A stretch of 64,000 bases of DNA. Origin: a virus. Of the stretch, positions 42,933 to 52,791 are shown in pieces (the stretch's first letter is position 1; each line of letters begins with the position of its first letter). The stretch is from IMG/VR virus record IMGVR_UViG_3300042555_002918, positions 32,001 to 96,000 of that record; one strand, 5' to 3'. The notes below the pieces were generated by a model, which saw nothing but the letters and a program-made list of their open reading frames with translations, did not search any database and had not been told where the DNA came from. Position numbers and translations under genes: made by a program.

Positions 42933-44642
42933 CTAAAACTTAATAACCGCACGAAGGATTTCAGTCTGATTAGGAGCGCGAAGGACCGCTCTTCTATTGT
43001 CTATATAGAGAATGTCACCAGACAGCGGATCAATCTCTGAGGAGATCAAGCCACCGACGGTCACCACTGCTGATGCATTGCTCGAATCTCCTCTAATAGA
43101 CATCCCACCCTGAAATGGGACATACCCGGTAGAGGCATCCTGATAGTAATGTATGGTTGCATCAGTGGAGCCTGGGCCTTCAACGATAGCGATGATCCGA
43201 GCCGTGGTCGTGACAGTTCCTATTGTCCCGGTAATGGCCTCATCTGGTTGAAATGCACCTCCAGCTCCGGCTGACACGTTGGAAAGCATTAGTCCTTTGC
43301 TAGCTCTCAAGGTTTGGCTATTAGCTAGTTGCCCAGCAGATGAATTTACATCTCGGATAAGTCCAATTTGGCGGTAATCATTGGAAAGTGGAAAGTCTCC
43401 CGAACCATCATCAAACGGCAGGCGAGCCACAATCATCACATAACAAGCGTTCAATTCCCGCTCGATGTCAGCTCCATGACCCTTGATTGGGGAAACCTGA
43501 GGAGCGACTATAGCTGGAGTGCCTGTCGTACCACCCGAAATTTCAGCAGTGGCATGGGTGTAACCAACGCCCGCATCAACAGGAACGACTTTGGAAATTT
43601 TCTTGGTCAAGGAATCGACATACGCTTTTGCGGTGGCGCCGGTGCCATTCCCTGTTACGATTACCCGAGGTAATATTTCAAAGGTAGTGCCTGCTGCAAC
43701 GTCCCAAGTACCGTTTATGGTAATTGTGCGACTTGATGCAGTGTAAGCCTGTACTAGAAATGGGCCAGATGGGAAGCCGACGCCTCCTGTAATCCAGACG
43801 TGGCATCCGACGTAGGCCCCATCAATTATTGCAAGTCCTTCAACTAGTGGGAGAACTGCTGAACTTGTACCTGCGTCATCAAAAGCGCCCGAAAGTACGT
43901 TTACATATCCATTTCCAAGGGATGGAAGTAGATAGGAATCGATTGACCCCGGCGTAGCCGTCGCCTGAACATCTGACTGGTTTGAAAGGTCATTTTCAGT
44001 AAGGGTTTTAACTGGTAGCCACTGGTTTGTTAAAAAATTCTGAGTCTGCGAGTTCGTTACCGTCGCCAGATACTTCCAGACGTACCCATCAACAGTTGAA
44101 ATGGTATACGGAGGGTTCAATGGCAAGGTTGGCTTAACGATGCTCTTTGCTCCGTTATTGTTCGAGAGGCACTTAAAGATGTGGTACTCATCTGTAATAA
44201 CGTAGTGACTTCCGGCGGAATAGCTTCCATCAACGTTAGCTACTTGAATCTCCTCCTGGGTTGGGTGGTTAAAAAGAACCGGGTCGGCCACATTGTACGG
44301 GGCATACACGGTGTTTCCCGACTCGTCCCAGTTGTAGCGACGAACAACCAGAGTAGCATCAACATCACGAATCTTTTTTAGAGCAATCATGTGCTCTCGT
44401 GCTTCAAGGTCCTCTCGCACTGAGTTTTGAGGAGTGGGAGGCGATGTTTCAGAAACCACAGGGTCTCCTACGAGATTCGTAGGCCACTCCTTAGTGCGTC
44501 CAATGAAGATGTAGTGATTCCGATCCACCTTATGCGAACCGTCCTCTGCCGTTTGTGGCGGTGTAATAGGATGGTTTACCAGATTTTCAATGAAATCTTG
44601 GGCGTTTCGGAGCCTTAGATTTGGGGTAAGTTTAGCCGTCAT
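42933..44642 (-). CDS. gp8: Baseplate wedge subunit, T4 gp8-like
   Basis: YIFIGR..EW; RRYNW; YV.T.EY.IFKCL.N; DGYVWKY; NDYRQIGL; SGDILYIDNR; TATAAATA at 44678-44685. Confidence 0.85.
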   Translation of the reverse strand: MTAKLTPNLRLRNAQDFIENLVNHPITPPQTAEDGSHKVDRNHYIFIGRTKEWPTNLVGDPVVSETSPPTPQNSVREDLEAREHMIALKKIRDVDATLVVRRYNWDESGNTVYAPYNVADPVLFNHPTQEEIQVANVDGSYSAGSHYVITDEYHIFKCLSNNNGAKSIVKPTLPLNPPYTISTVDGYVWKYLATVTNSQTQNFLTNQWLPVKTLTENDLSNQSDVQATATPGSIDSYLLPSLGNGYVNVLSGAFDDAGTSSAVLPLVEGLAIIDGAYVGCHVWITGGVGFPSGPFLVQAYTASSRTITINGTWDVAAGTTFEILPRVIVTGNGTGATAKAYVDSLTKKISKVVPVDAGVGYTHATAEISGGTTGTPAIVAPQVSPIKGHGADIERELNACYVMIVARLPFDDGSGDFPLSNDYRQIGLIRDVNSSAGQLANSQTLRASKGLMLSNVSAGAGGAFQPDEAITGTIGTVTTTARIIAIVEGPGSTDATIHYYQDASTGYVPFQGGMSIRGDSSNASAVVTVGGLISSEIDPLSGDILYIDNRRAVLRAPNQTEILRAVIKF

Positions 44643-44738
44643 TATTCTCTAGCACCGGATGAAGCGATTCAGACTGATATTTATAGGGCATCTCACGGCT
44701 GTATTTGTGAAATTCTCCCTATGAACTTCATGGTAGCC

Positions 44739-44814
44739 ATCCTAACGAATTGCAAAGTTCGTTGAGCATTACCTTTTGGGGTAATGGGAGAGAGTGTGCG
44801 GAAAGTGTCACCAT
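44739..44814. promoter_or_regulatory. Back-to-back GGTAATG-class promoters
   Basis: - strand GGTAATGC (44766-44773)-N21-TAGGAT; + strand GGTAATGG (44780-44787)-N21-CACCAT. Confidence 0.6.
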
Positions 44815-44820
44815 GGGACC

Positions 44821-45378
44821 ATGGCAATATGGTTCATCTCAGATACGCATTTTGGGCATAAAAACATCATCCGATATTGCAATCGTCCCTTTAAAGACAT
44901 TGAGGAGCAGACCGAGGAAATTGTTAAAAATTGGAACGCGGTGGTTTCAGCCAGGGACCACGTGTTTCACCTAGGGGATGTGGGATACGGATCTCCTCAA
45001 TATTTATATCGAGTGCTAGAGCGGCTTAATGGAAAGATTTATCTGATTAAGGGGAATCACGATTCTGCCGTTATTAGGAACCCGGCATCTCAGCGATTTG
45101 AGTGGATCAGGGATACTCATCTCTTTAAGGCTCAAGTGACAGGAAAGACTTACAGGTTATTCCTATCGCACTACCCACACCGAAGTTGGCCTGAATCAAA
45201 CCGGGGATCATTTCATCTTTTTGGGCATACCCACGGCAACATGGCTCCCTACGGACTATCATTTGACGTAGGAGTAGACAGTAACAACTATAAGCCACTA
45301 AGCCTTGAACAAGTGGCCGAACGGATGTCACACATGGCTATTGAGTTAGACTATGCTCAGAGGAAGCCCAACTCCTAA
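44821..45378 (+). CDS. Calcineurin-like metallophosphoesterase
   Basis: SDTHFGH, HLGD, GNHD, SHYP, HLFGHTH, DVGVD motifs. Confidence 0.9.
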   Translation: MAIWFISDTHFGHKNIIRYCNRPFKDIEEQTEEIVKNWNAVVSARDHVFHLGDVGYGSPQYLYRVLERLNGKIYLIKGNHDSAVIRNPASQRFEWIRDTHLFKAQVTGKTYRLFLSHYPHRSWPESNRGSFHLFGHTHGNMAPYGLSFDVGVDSNNYKPLSLEQVAERMSHMAIELDYAQRKPNS

Positions 45379-45383
45379 CTAAA

Positions 45384-47084
45384 CTACCCAACCTCTTGGG
45401 TGATGTCGGTCTCTGGTATGAAGTCAATCTGCTCTTTACCGGCAAATGCAATCTGGCTAAGCGGCACAGTTGCAAACGCTTTGAGTGGGGTATTAGCGTA
45501 CATATTGTAGTACCCCTCCTGAACCATACCAGCGTTTCGGTCTCCGTAGGCCGAGGTAGGCCGATAGTCAATCTTCCACGCTTCCCAGTCGTTCCACGTT
45601 GGTCCAAGAGATAGCGAAGTCGAATCAAAAGATGAATCTTCCTCAAAAATCTCAACAATTGTTTCCGCCTCTGGGAGCATGGTCCCACTAAGAGTAAGCC
45701 CCTCTCCGGTTTGTTCATGTACTACATCGAGCTCGTTGTAAATCTCCACTGCCGTAGCAACTGAACGGTCGAGCGATTCCGGGATATCACAAGACGCATC
45801 AAGAACGGACTCCGTCGATACCTCGGAGAAAAAGATAAACCCTGCGGGATGAACGAGCTTCTGAACTATGGTTTCATACTTATCCCGACTCTCTTGGGAT
45901 TTAACAACATAGCTATATTGCTGATAGTAATACCCATCCTGAATCCGCTTTCCGCTCGAAAACATTCCATCAGAGTTTAAAAAGTATCCAGGATACTTCG
46001 CTGTGACATCAAATTCGACAACTGCAGAGGCTCCCTCTGTCACTCCCTCGTAGTCCACGAACGTGACCGTTGTGCTTTCTGGGCGATAGCCTGCGCCAAA
46101 TTGGTATATCTGTATTGCCTCTACCTCACCAAAGGTTCCAACCGACGATATACGGGCCTTGCAGTTAAAGCCATCACCAACGATGTGAACCTCCTGCCCA
46201 ACTTCGTATCCCTTACCCTTCTTGAGGATTTTAACCTTTGATACTAAAGGAATAGCCCGCAGCTTACATGTCTCGGATTCATCCTTGATTGTCTCATCAG
46301 GCTGAAACTTTCCGACAATCGATGAGCGATTGAGAAATAACTCGTAGGTAGAAATGCTGCCATCCTGGACGAACAGGATCTTCTCGACAAAAGCGCTTGA
46401 TTTGCTTGAAGCTCCAATTATGCGGTTACCTATTAGCTTTGTCGGGTCCCCCTCCATCCGAACACACTTGATTGTTTTGTCCTGTACCCATTTGGCATCC
46501 GAAAACCGCAGAATGTCGACTCTGGGGTAATAGAACTCAACATCCTGTCCAAAGAACACACGGAACAAAAACTTGAAAGACTTCTCTGACCCCTTCGCCA
46601 GATAGAAATTCCTAATATTCTTAATCAACGACGCTGGGGAAAGTGCCGTGTTTCGGGGAAACGATGGTGCATACTCTCGAAAAAAGTACTCAAGAAGTTC
46701 AGTCGTAGTTGTGTCAACGTCCTGAACGGTCAGAAGCCTTCTTAGGAAATGTAAAGGGCCTTCGGCTTTTTCGGTAAACCGGTAGTACTCCCTCATAAAG
46801 TTTAGGAACTCCCGATGTTCATCCTGAATGAACGATGGGACCTGAAATTCAATTTGAGGGTGTACTTCCCGTACCGCGCTGGTCGTATAGAATGACGGGA
46901 CACCAAACTTTTGTTGTTTGTTGGTTATTGAACGTCCGCCCAAATTGATGTGACCAACAGCAGGCGTGCTGACGAAAGCCTGGTTTACAATACTTGGAGC
47001 ACCTACATAGAGTGTACCTTGCCGTACAGTCGGATTTCCGACTTTTGCTGCATTTGCCAGACTGGGGGTAAAGATATTCGACAT
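45384..47084 (-). CDS. Baseplate wedge protein, T4 gp7-like
   Basis: Q.P.FI..E...F..F..EYY; IKNIR.FY.AKGSE.SF.FLFR.FF; IQDGYYYQ.YSYV.KS; VHPAGF..F. Confidence 0.8.
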   Translation of the reverse strand: MSNIFTPSLANAAKVGNPTVRQGTLYVGAPSIVNQAFVSTPAVGHINLGGRSITNKQQKFGVPSFYTTSAVREVHPQIEFQVPSFIQDEHREFLNFMREYYRFTEKAEGPLHFLRRLLTVQDVDTTTTELLEYFFREYAPSFPRNTALSPASLIKNIRNFYLAKGSEKSFKFLFRVFFGQDVEFYYPRVDILRFSDAKWVQDKTIKCVRMEGDPTKLIGNRIIGASSKSSAFVEKILFVQDGSISTYELFLNRSSIVGKFQPDETIKDESETCKLRAIPLVSKVKILKKGKGYEVGQEVHIVGDGFNCKARISSVGTFGEVEAIQIYQFGAGYRPESTTVTFVDYEGVTEGASAVVEFDVTAKYPGYFLNSDGMFSSGKRIQDGYYYQQYSYVVKSQESRDKYETIVQKLVHPAGFIFFSEVSTESVLDASCDIPESLDRSVATAVEIYNELDVVHEQTGEGLTLSGTMLPEAETIVEIFEEDSSFDSTSLSLGPTWNDWEAWKIDYRPTSAYGDRNAGMVQEGYYNMYANTPLKAFATVPLSQIAFAGKEQIDFIPETDITQEVG

Positions 47085-47158
47085 GAGGAGGTCTCTTAAT
47101 TACCCGTTATTTATTAGTGCCAAAACCGGGTAACGTCTCGATAGCAAAAGAGACCGCA

Positions 47159-48199
47159 CTATCCTTCCCATGCCTGAGGGTCGATCTTTTGTCGGTTGGC
47201 CTTATACTCCGCCGCCAAATGTTCCATTCGGTCCTTTATTTGGTCAGGGCTACTCAGCTTTTGAATCTCTTTGATGTGGTCGATCAACCAGCTTATAGAA
47301 ACCTCAGACTCAGGAAAGGTGACAACTGTCGATAAAGAAGCGACTCGGCGCGACTTTTGGTAAACCCCGTTAATTCCCCAACCTGCTGTTCGCATAAACA
47401 CGTTTCGATAAAGGGTCAGCTTCATACCATCGGCATGAGGCAGAGGAATAAAAAGCCAATCATCTCTAAACTCAGCATGAAGCTCCTTTTGGAATGAGAG
47501 GATGGCGTCCTTCTTTGCAAACTTTGACGGCTTACCGTCTTTCTTTTTCCCAAGCTTTTTAGCCGGGAACAATGCCTCGGGATTAGTGAGTACGCTGAAA
47601 TCATGCTCAAACCTATAATTCTGCTGTGCAAGCTTAATCTTCCGCCGGTTATGGAGAATGGAAGTTGCGACATACATGTTTATGCCGAAGGCTCCATGGG
47701 AAAGTCCGTGGTTGTGTCTTTCTACTGCGCTCACGTTGATGCGCAAGTCAAGGACAGTGCTGCGCGTATGATTCGCAAACTCAGCACTTAAAGAGGCATA
47801 GGTGTCCTCAACGTTTTCCTTTATTTGAACTGAAAACTCTTGGCCGAAGATAGCTTTGAAGTGATTGGTAAATGCGTGGATGTTCAGCACCTGCTTAACC
47901 TTTCCAAGAGCGGACACAAGGAAAATTCGGTCCTGCTCTCGGCTCCTGTGATACTGAGCCATTCTATCCTCAGGGCTTACGTGAGTTCCGCCCAAAATGT
48001 TGCTCAACTTGTCGTAGGCAACATTGATCTTCTTCATGATGGAGACGTCACCGCCCTTGTCTGGGTGATGAAGGATAGCCATCTTTTTATATGCGGCTTT
48101 GAGCTCGTCTGCCGTATAGCTCCCAGTAAGGCCCAGAAGATGCTGAGCATCTTGTACAGTCATTTGGCTTTCGTTAAGGTACTCTTGAAAAGTCTTCAT
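47159..48199 (-). CDS. J-domain protein with T4-like capsid-targeting leader
   Basis: MKTFQEYLNE; LLGL...LKAAYKK.A..HHPDKGG...KKIN.AYDKL; TTAAG-N15-GACGATA upstream (48228-48254). Confidence 0.85.
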   Translation of the reverse strand: MKTFQEYLNESQMTVQDAQHLLGLTGSYTADELKAAYKKMAILHHPDKGGDVSIMKKINVAYDKLSNILGGTHVSPEDRMAQYHRSREQDRIFLVSALGKVKQVLNIHAFTNHFKAIFGQEFSVQIKENVEDTYASLSAEFANHTRSTVLDLRINVSAVERHNHGLSHGAFGINMYVATSILHNRRKIKLAQQNYRFEHDFSVLTNPEALFPAKKLGKKKDGKPSKFAKKDAILSFQKELHAEFRDDWLFIPLPHADGMKLTLYRNVFMRTAGWGINGVYQKSRRVASLSTVVTFPESEVSISWLIDHIKEIQKLSSPDQIKDRMEHLAAEYKANRQKIDPQAWEG

Positions 48200-48287
48200 G
48201 CTAACGCCCCTTCAACTACAAGGGTCCTATCGTCCGGCTTCAAACAAAGCTTAACATTTTTAGCTGAAATTTTTCAAGATTGCTTAA

Positions 48288-50090
48288 CTAAGCAGTTTCA
48301 TTGAGCATATCGATAGCGTCTACGTAGACTCGAATGTCACCTGGCTCTAGCAGCAAAATCGATTCTCTCGGGGTATAAATGTCCTGATACAGCGGCTTTG
48401 CGACGATCTCGATGAAGTCTTGGCCTAGGATGCCCTGGACGTCCAGCGCATCTATGACGACCGTACCGGTGTCGTAATCAACAGACCCGATGCCCGGCTG
48501 AATGACGACCTTTTTGCTGTCAACGATACGGTACAAGTAGAGGGAACCCTGACCGTTATCTCCGATATACGTGGTCACTCCGCGATATACGTAGCCGGTT
48601 GAGGTTATAGCGCTTTCGCTGTTTGCGCTATCTCCCCTGTCGAGCTTGTTGTGGAATTTAAGCTCAAACCGGCTTGGGCTGTTGAACGCTGGGTAGATCC
48701 GTTTTTTGAGCTCTATTCGCGTGAGGTTTCCAGTTATCGATCGATCAACTGAATCAATAGTAGCCACTAGCTTTGAGAACGAGAAATCAGCATCAAAGCC
48801 GTTAAGCACTTTGATTTTGTAGCTCACTATCTCATCATAGACGGCCTTCTTGATGTCAGTAGCCTTGAGAGTTGTCGTCTTTCCCTTAAACTTAACTAAA
48901 GATGTGGTTACCATGTAGAGATAGTCTGGATCTACTACCTTTACCTCGACGGCAATTACATTCCTTTCCCGAAGAAGCCTATTTGTAATTGATGCCTTTT
49001 GGTCTGCAGACAGTCGACTTCCTGTCTTTGGCTTAATAGCGGCGTAAACCTTGCCGAAGTCTGGGGGGATGGTCTCCTCTCCCCCCCATACCCTCACAAA
49101 TTCAACGTTTGGGTTGTCTTTGCGAATGATTGCCTCGTAATCGTTCTTAGTTACTGCGCGGTCTTGTGCTTCATAGAGAAGAGGAGCGAGGAACTTAATT
49201 GAGTCATTTGACTCCCTTTCGCTTCCTCCGGTTGCCGGATCAAGGGTAGTAATCTTGACTCCATTGTAACCGGTTGCCTTTTCTGCCCTAGAGAATGTTT
49301 TGATTCCGTTAGCCTCTAAGCCACTTGTGACAACGTATTCAACAATGACAATATTACCGGTCTGTGGTTGCACCCCAAGAATTTCCTCTCCAAAATACAC
49401 CTCATAGAGACCGTTTTGATTTTCTTGAATAAAGTATACAAGAGAATCTTGATTGAGGACGTTTATGTTGGTTGCGGGCGAGAAGACTTTGATAGCAGAT
49501 GATGCCGCCGAATCCTTTACCTTTACCGAAAGAGTCGTAATGTCGACGTTCTTGTTTGGGATTTCAAATCGTTGCTTTGTGGGTGAATTTCTATCCACCA
49601 CAAACTGCACTTTGAGTCGCTTACCTTCAATTAGGACAACGTCCTCAACGTAGCTTCCACTGGCATCCGCCTCGATTATATATGAACGGTCTGGGCTAAA
49701 AACGTAAGACTTCCCGTCGAGGTACGATGTAAACTCGTCAGTTTGATTTAAACGTACAAACGGTGGATTTGGGTCAAGCGGACCTTTAGTTGTGTCGATT
49801 TCAAGTCGGATTTTTGCTCGTGCGCATTTGGCAGAAGACGGGATGTATCCGACCGTCTTTGCTCTTGAGGTAACACTAGACCTGAGTTGTGCCGAGTCCA
49901 GGAACATCTCAGCGCCTACCATATTTAAGTAGAACGCATTGTATGAAGTATTGTATGCCAGAAGAGAGAGAATCTGTTGGATTCCGCTAGCTTCGAAATC
50001 AAAGTCTTGAAACTCCTTAAGAGTTTTCAAGTGCTGCTTAAGCGACTCTTTAATCTGGAGGTAATCGAGGTTTTTGAAATTGGTCGCCAT
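48288..50090 (-). CDS. gp6: Baseplate wedge subunit, T4 gp6-like
   Basis: LDY..IK..LK..L; DFDFE.SG...L..LLAYNT.Y; E.FLDSAQLR.SV; Q.RAVT..DY; VWGGE. Confidence 0.92.
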   Translation of the reverse strand: MATNFKNLDYLQIKESLKQHLKTLKEFQDFDFEASGIQQILSLLAYNTSYNAFYLNMVGAEMFLDSAQLRSSVTSRAKTVGYIPSSAKCARAKIRLEIDTTKGPLDPNPPFVRLNQTDEFTSYLDGKSYVFSPDRSYIIEADASGSYVEDVVLIEGKRLKVQFVVDRNSPTKQRFEIPNKNVDITTLSVKVKDSAASSAIKVFSPATNINVLNQDSLVYFIQENQNGLYEVYFGEEILGVQPQTGNIVIVEYVVTSGLEANGIKTFSRAEKATGYNGVKITTLDPATGGSERESNDSIKFLAPLLYEAQDRAVTKNDYEAIIRKDNPNVEFVRVWGGEETIPPDFGKVYAAIKPKTGSRLSADQKASITNRLLRERNVIAVEVKVVDPDYLYMVTTSLVKFKGKTTTLKATDIKKAVYDEIVSYKIKVLNGFDADFSFSKLVATIDSVDRSITGNLTRIELKKRIYPAFNSPSRFELKFHNKLDRGDSANSESAITSTGYVYRGVTTYIGDNGQGSLYLYRIVDSKKVVIQPGIGSVDYDTGTVVIDALDVQGILGQDFIEIVAKPLYQDIYTPRESILLLEPGDIRVYVDAIDMLNETA

Positions 50091-50099
50091 GACGGTTAT

Positions 50100-50492
50100 T
50101 TATCGGACTCTTTCCATAAATGTTGTAACGGTCTCAAGCACCGAGAGCGAATCGACAACGAACGATAGGTACACCTCATATCCGTTGCGATCCGGGCTAC
50201 CTGTAACCTTTAGGTCAACGACGGTAACTCTCGGTTCATATCGAGAGATGGCACCTCTTATTTGCATCGTGATGGACTGCTCTGTAAGAGGGTTGATGTC
50301 TTCGAAAAGTAGCTGCCGAAGGTTTGCCCCAATATCAGGCTCGAACGGTCGATCGTACTTACCCATGTAGAGGAGGTTTCTCAGGGAGCGCTTGACTGCC
50401 TCTACGTCACGAAGGACAGAAATATCCCCGGTCACTGGATGCGGAACGAATGTTAGGTCAATATCTGTGTACTTCTTGGTTGTGGTTGGCAT
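50100..50492 (-). CDS. gp25: Baseplate wedge subunit, T4 gp25-like
   Basis: Y.DIDL.F..HPVT.D......AVKRS..NL....YDRPF.P..G....LLFE; YEPRV. Confidence 0.92.
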   Translation of the reverse strand: MPTTTKKYTDIDLTFVPHPVTGDISVLRDVEAVKRSLRNLLYMGKYDRPFEPDIGANLRQLLFEDINPLTEQSITMQIRGAISRYEPRVTVVDLKVTGSPDRNGYEVYLSFVVDSLSVLETVTTFMERVR

Positions 50493-50532
50493 GTTGTCTA
50501 TTTATGCCTTAGCCACACGAGGGGCTTTGATA

Positions 50533-50853
50533 TCACCGCTCTTCCTTTGGTGAGGCCTCATCTTTACCCTCATAGTACTGGCGGTACTCTTCTAGGGTCT
50601 GCCGTTGCATAGCCATATAATGAAGAATGTCGGTCATGTTCAATGATAGATTCTTGTACCCCGCTTCCGTAAGAGCAAAGAAGACTATAACTTTTCCACT
50701 TTCGTCTTCCACTGGGACTACCACCCATTTCACTGGTTTTAGTGTCAGAGGCTGTGGATCTGGTAGAGCTAAGGGCTCTCTTGGCTGAACCGTAGTAACG
50801 CAACCAGACAGTCCCACAAGGATTGCTAAAAAGATTTTTTTAACCGGCATCAT
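50533..50853 (-). CDS. Putative o-spanin (lipoprotein)
   Basis: Lipobox LSGC, Pro-rich segment, Y.NLS.N..DI..Y..QQ-like motif. Confidence 0.75.
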   Translation of the reverse strand: MMPVKKIFLAILVGLSGCVTTVQPREPLALPDPQPLTLKPVKWVVVPVEDESGKVIVFFALTEAGYKNLSLNMTDILHYMAMQRQTLEEYRQYYEGKDEASPKEER

Positions 50854-50854
50854 A

Positions 50855-51271
50855 TTAACAACCTCCCCCCCGAGTTACCGACTCGAAGCACTTAAACACC
50901 TTCTCCGTTCCATTATTAACTGCTTTTTCAACCATCCTAGGATGTCGGCGAGCAATCTTGGACAAGTCATGTTTGATGAGCTTTTCAGCAAGCTCTCGGC
51001 GCTGCTTTTCAAGCTCCTGGGATTTCTTTGAGAGGTCGTCTCTAGCCGAAGAGATATCTTCAACGTCTCTCTTTAACTGAGCAACGTGCGCTTGAGCCTC
51101 AGCCAAATCGCGCTTTGTAGCAGCTAGTTCATTTCGAAGATTGAAAAAGCCGATAACAAAGTAGAGTACAGTGATGGTTGCTAACGCAATAACAATGGCT
51201 TTGATATTGGTTACTATAAAAACGTATGCGTTGGTCGAGTACCCAATAAGCTTAAGTAACGTTTCAATCAT
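50855..51271 (-). CDS. Putative i-spanin
   Basis: N-terminal TM, long coiled coil, HDL..IA..HP..VE..VN.GT; start 51271 after AAGGA. Confidence 0.75.
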   Translation of the reverse strand: MIETLLKLIGYSTNAYVFIVTNIKAIVIALATITVLYFVIGFFNLRNELAATKRDLAEAQAHVAQLKRDVEDISSARDDLSKKSQELEKQRRELAEKLIKHDLSKIARRHPRMVEKAVNNGTEKVFKCFESVTRGGGC

Positions 51272-51284
51272 GATCCTTTCCTTA

Positions 51285-51680
51285 CTAACGGAGGTAGGAA
51301 CGAACTGTCCAATATCCCGAGTCAATCTTGCGGGCTCCTTCCGGGAGCCTGGACGTAACGAAGATTGATGCCGGAACTACGATCCTCTCATTTTCCTCAG
51401 TAATTGTGACACGCACGGTCTGTACGCTCACATTACCATTTGGAAAGGCGAACTCTTTCAATTCATCGATTAGTTGGTAACTGTAGGTAGTCCAAATTTG
51501 CCCCCGCACAACGTCAGTGCCACGTGAGATAAATCCAGCATCTCCCCCAACGTCATAAAGGCTGCCGGTCGTCGAGCACTGAGCCTCACCAGCAAGAATC
51601 TCAAATCCATGATAAGGGCCGTCCCCTGGCAAGAGCGTTACTTTGAGATTGTTGAAAACAAAAAGGACTCGGTTTGACAT
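51285..51680 (-). CDS. Gamma-glutamylcyclotransferase (AIG2)-like protein, degenerate
   Basis: LFV....L..G; G.LYD.G; V.G.I; I.SG.W; GATAAATA at 51704-51711. Confidence 0.5.
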   Translation of the reverse strand: MSNRVLFVFNNLKVTLLPGDGPYHGFEILAGEAQCSTTGSLYDVGGDAGFISRGTDVVRGQIWTTYSYQLIDELKEFAFPNGNVSVQTVRVTITEENERIVVPASIFVTSRLPEGARKIDSGYWTVRSYLR

Positions 51681-51727
51681 CTTACAAGCCTATTAACTGC
51701 TTGTATTTATCCGACCGAGACCGGGCA

Positions 51728-52036
51728 CTATTCCCGAGTTAATGGGGAATCAACATCACCATTTTCAACAATTTTCACCTGCTCATAGGGACCAACATGA
51801 TGTCGGTACATTTCAAGTTTAGCGCACTCAAGGATGCCGGTTATTTCATTGAAGTCCGTGTAGTTTGGAAGCCTGTCCCCGTAAACCTCCAATATCAGCC
51901 GCGAAATGATGTAATTGATCTGTCCGGCTGGGGACTTTCGCTCCTCTGAAATGAATCGCTTTACTTCCCCTGCCAAGGCACCAACTTTAGCGTCGTATCG
52001 TTCTCTGTCGTTTTGTGGAATGTACGGCATAAACAC
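51728..52036 (-). CDS. Conserved phage protein (DUF6899-like)
   Basis: MPYI....R; G.INY.I; Y..FNE..G.LECAKLE.YR..V.PYE..KI.ENGDV; GGTAATGT-N21-TATTCT upstream. Confidence 0.75.
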   Translation of the reverse strand: MFMPYIPQNDRERYDAKVGALAGEVKRFISEERKSPAGQINYIISRLILEVYGDRLPNYTDFNEITGILECAKLEMYRHHVGPYEQVKIVENGDVDSPLTRE

Positions 52037-52096
52037 CTCTAATAATGGGTACAGAATACCCAGTATTAGAGAGCGCCGGACATTACCCTGTAGAGA

Positions 52097-52771
52097 TTAA
52101 CGTTCTGTCTCGTAGCGATTCAGGCCGCGAGCAAAGGCGTGAAAAAGGTCGGCCAGGTCCTTATGTTCCTTGACCTTGGCACTCTGAGCCTTAACTCTGG
52201 GATGGTCTTCACCATGAACTTTAAACATCTCACGAAGCTTATCCTCGCCGTTAAGGGCCATCTGAACATGCTTTTCATGGGCTTTGAGGGCTGAGACCTT
52301 CAGGTGTTCAACTTCAAAATCATCGCCTACCTTATGAGCTGCCTTAAAGCCCTGAGCATATGCCGGGTGGTCCTGGGCAGACCCTTCCCCAAACCAAATG
52401 CCAACTACCGGGCGAGGTGCTGAGACCCCTTGAGACTCAGTAAGGTGCTGTTTGTTATATGCTTTTCGCCGAGCAGCTTTCAGCGGAAGGCGCCCTGCTT
52501 TGGAAAGTCCCGAAAGGATTCCGTCGTGGACACCCTGAAGCTTAGATATTTGCGTTTGGTGCCGCTTAGCTTGTGCGCTGTTTCCGCGTTTCAATGCTGC
52601 GGAAAGGCTTGCGGTATGTTGGGTAATCATCTCCCTTGCTGCGGATAAGCTATTATCAACAGCGTGATGAGAGGACGCCCCCTTCTTCAAATGGACAGAT
52701 GTCTCAGTTTCCCAAGTACGAAAGTTTGCTGTATATGGGTCGTTTACCGACTCGCTTACGGAGGTAGCCAT
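52097..52771 (-). CDS. Late His/Lys-rich protein, possible internal head protein
   Basis: 224 aa; VSE and LTE sites; in late operon. Confidence 0.6.
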   Translation of the reverse strand: MATSVSESVNDPYTANFRTWETETSVHLKKGASSHHAVDNSLSAAREMITQHTASLSAALKRGNSAQAKRHQTQISKLQGVHDGILSGLSKAGRLPLKAARRKAYNKQHLTESQGVSAPRPVVGIWFGEGSAQDHPAYAQGFKAAHKVGDDFEVEHLKVSALKAHEKHVQMALNGEDKLREMFKVHGEDHPRVKAQSAKVKEHKDLADLFHAFARGLNRYETER

Positions 52772-52791
52772 AGGTGACTGCCATCCTTGAA

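Noticed and set aside
33242-44618. Numerous + strand ORFs of 60-135 aa opposite the structural genes
   Set aside because: They are shadow frames of long conserved - strand genes, with no promoters or recognisable motifs.
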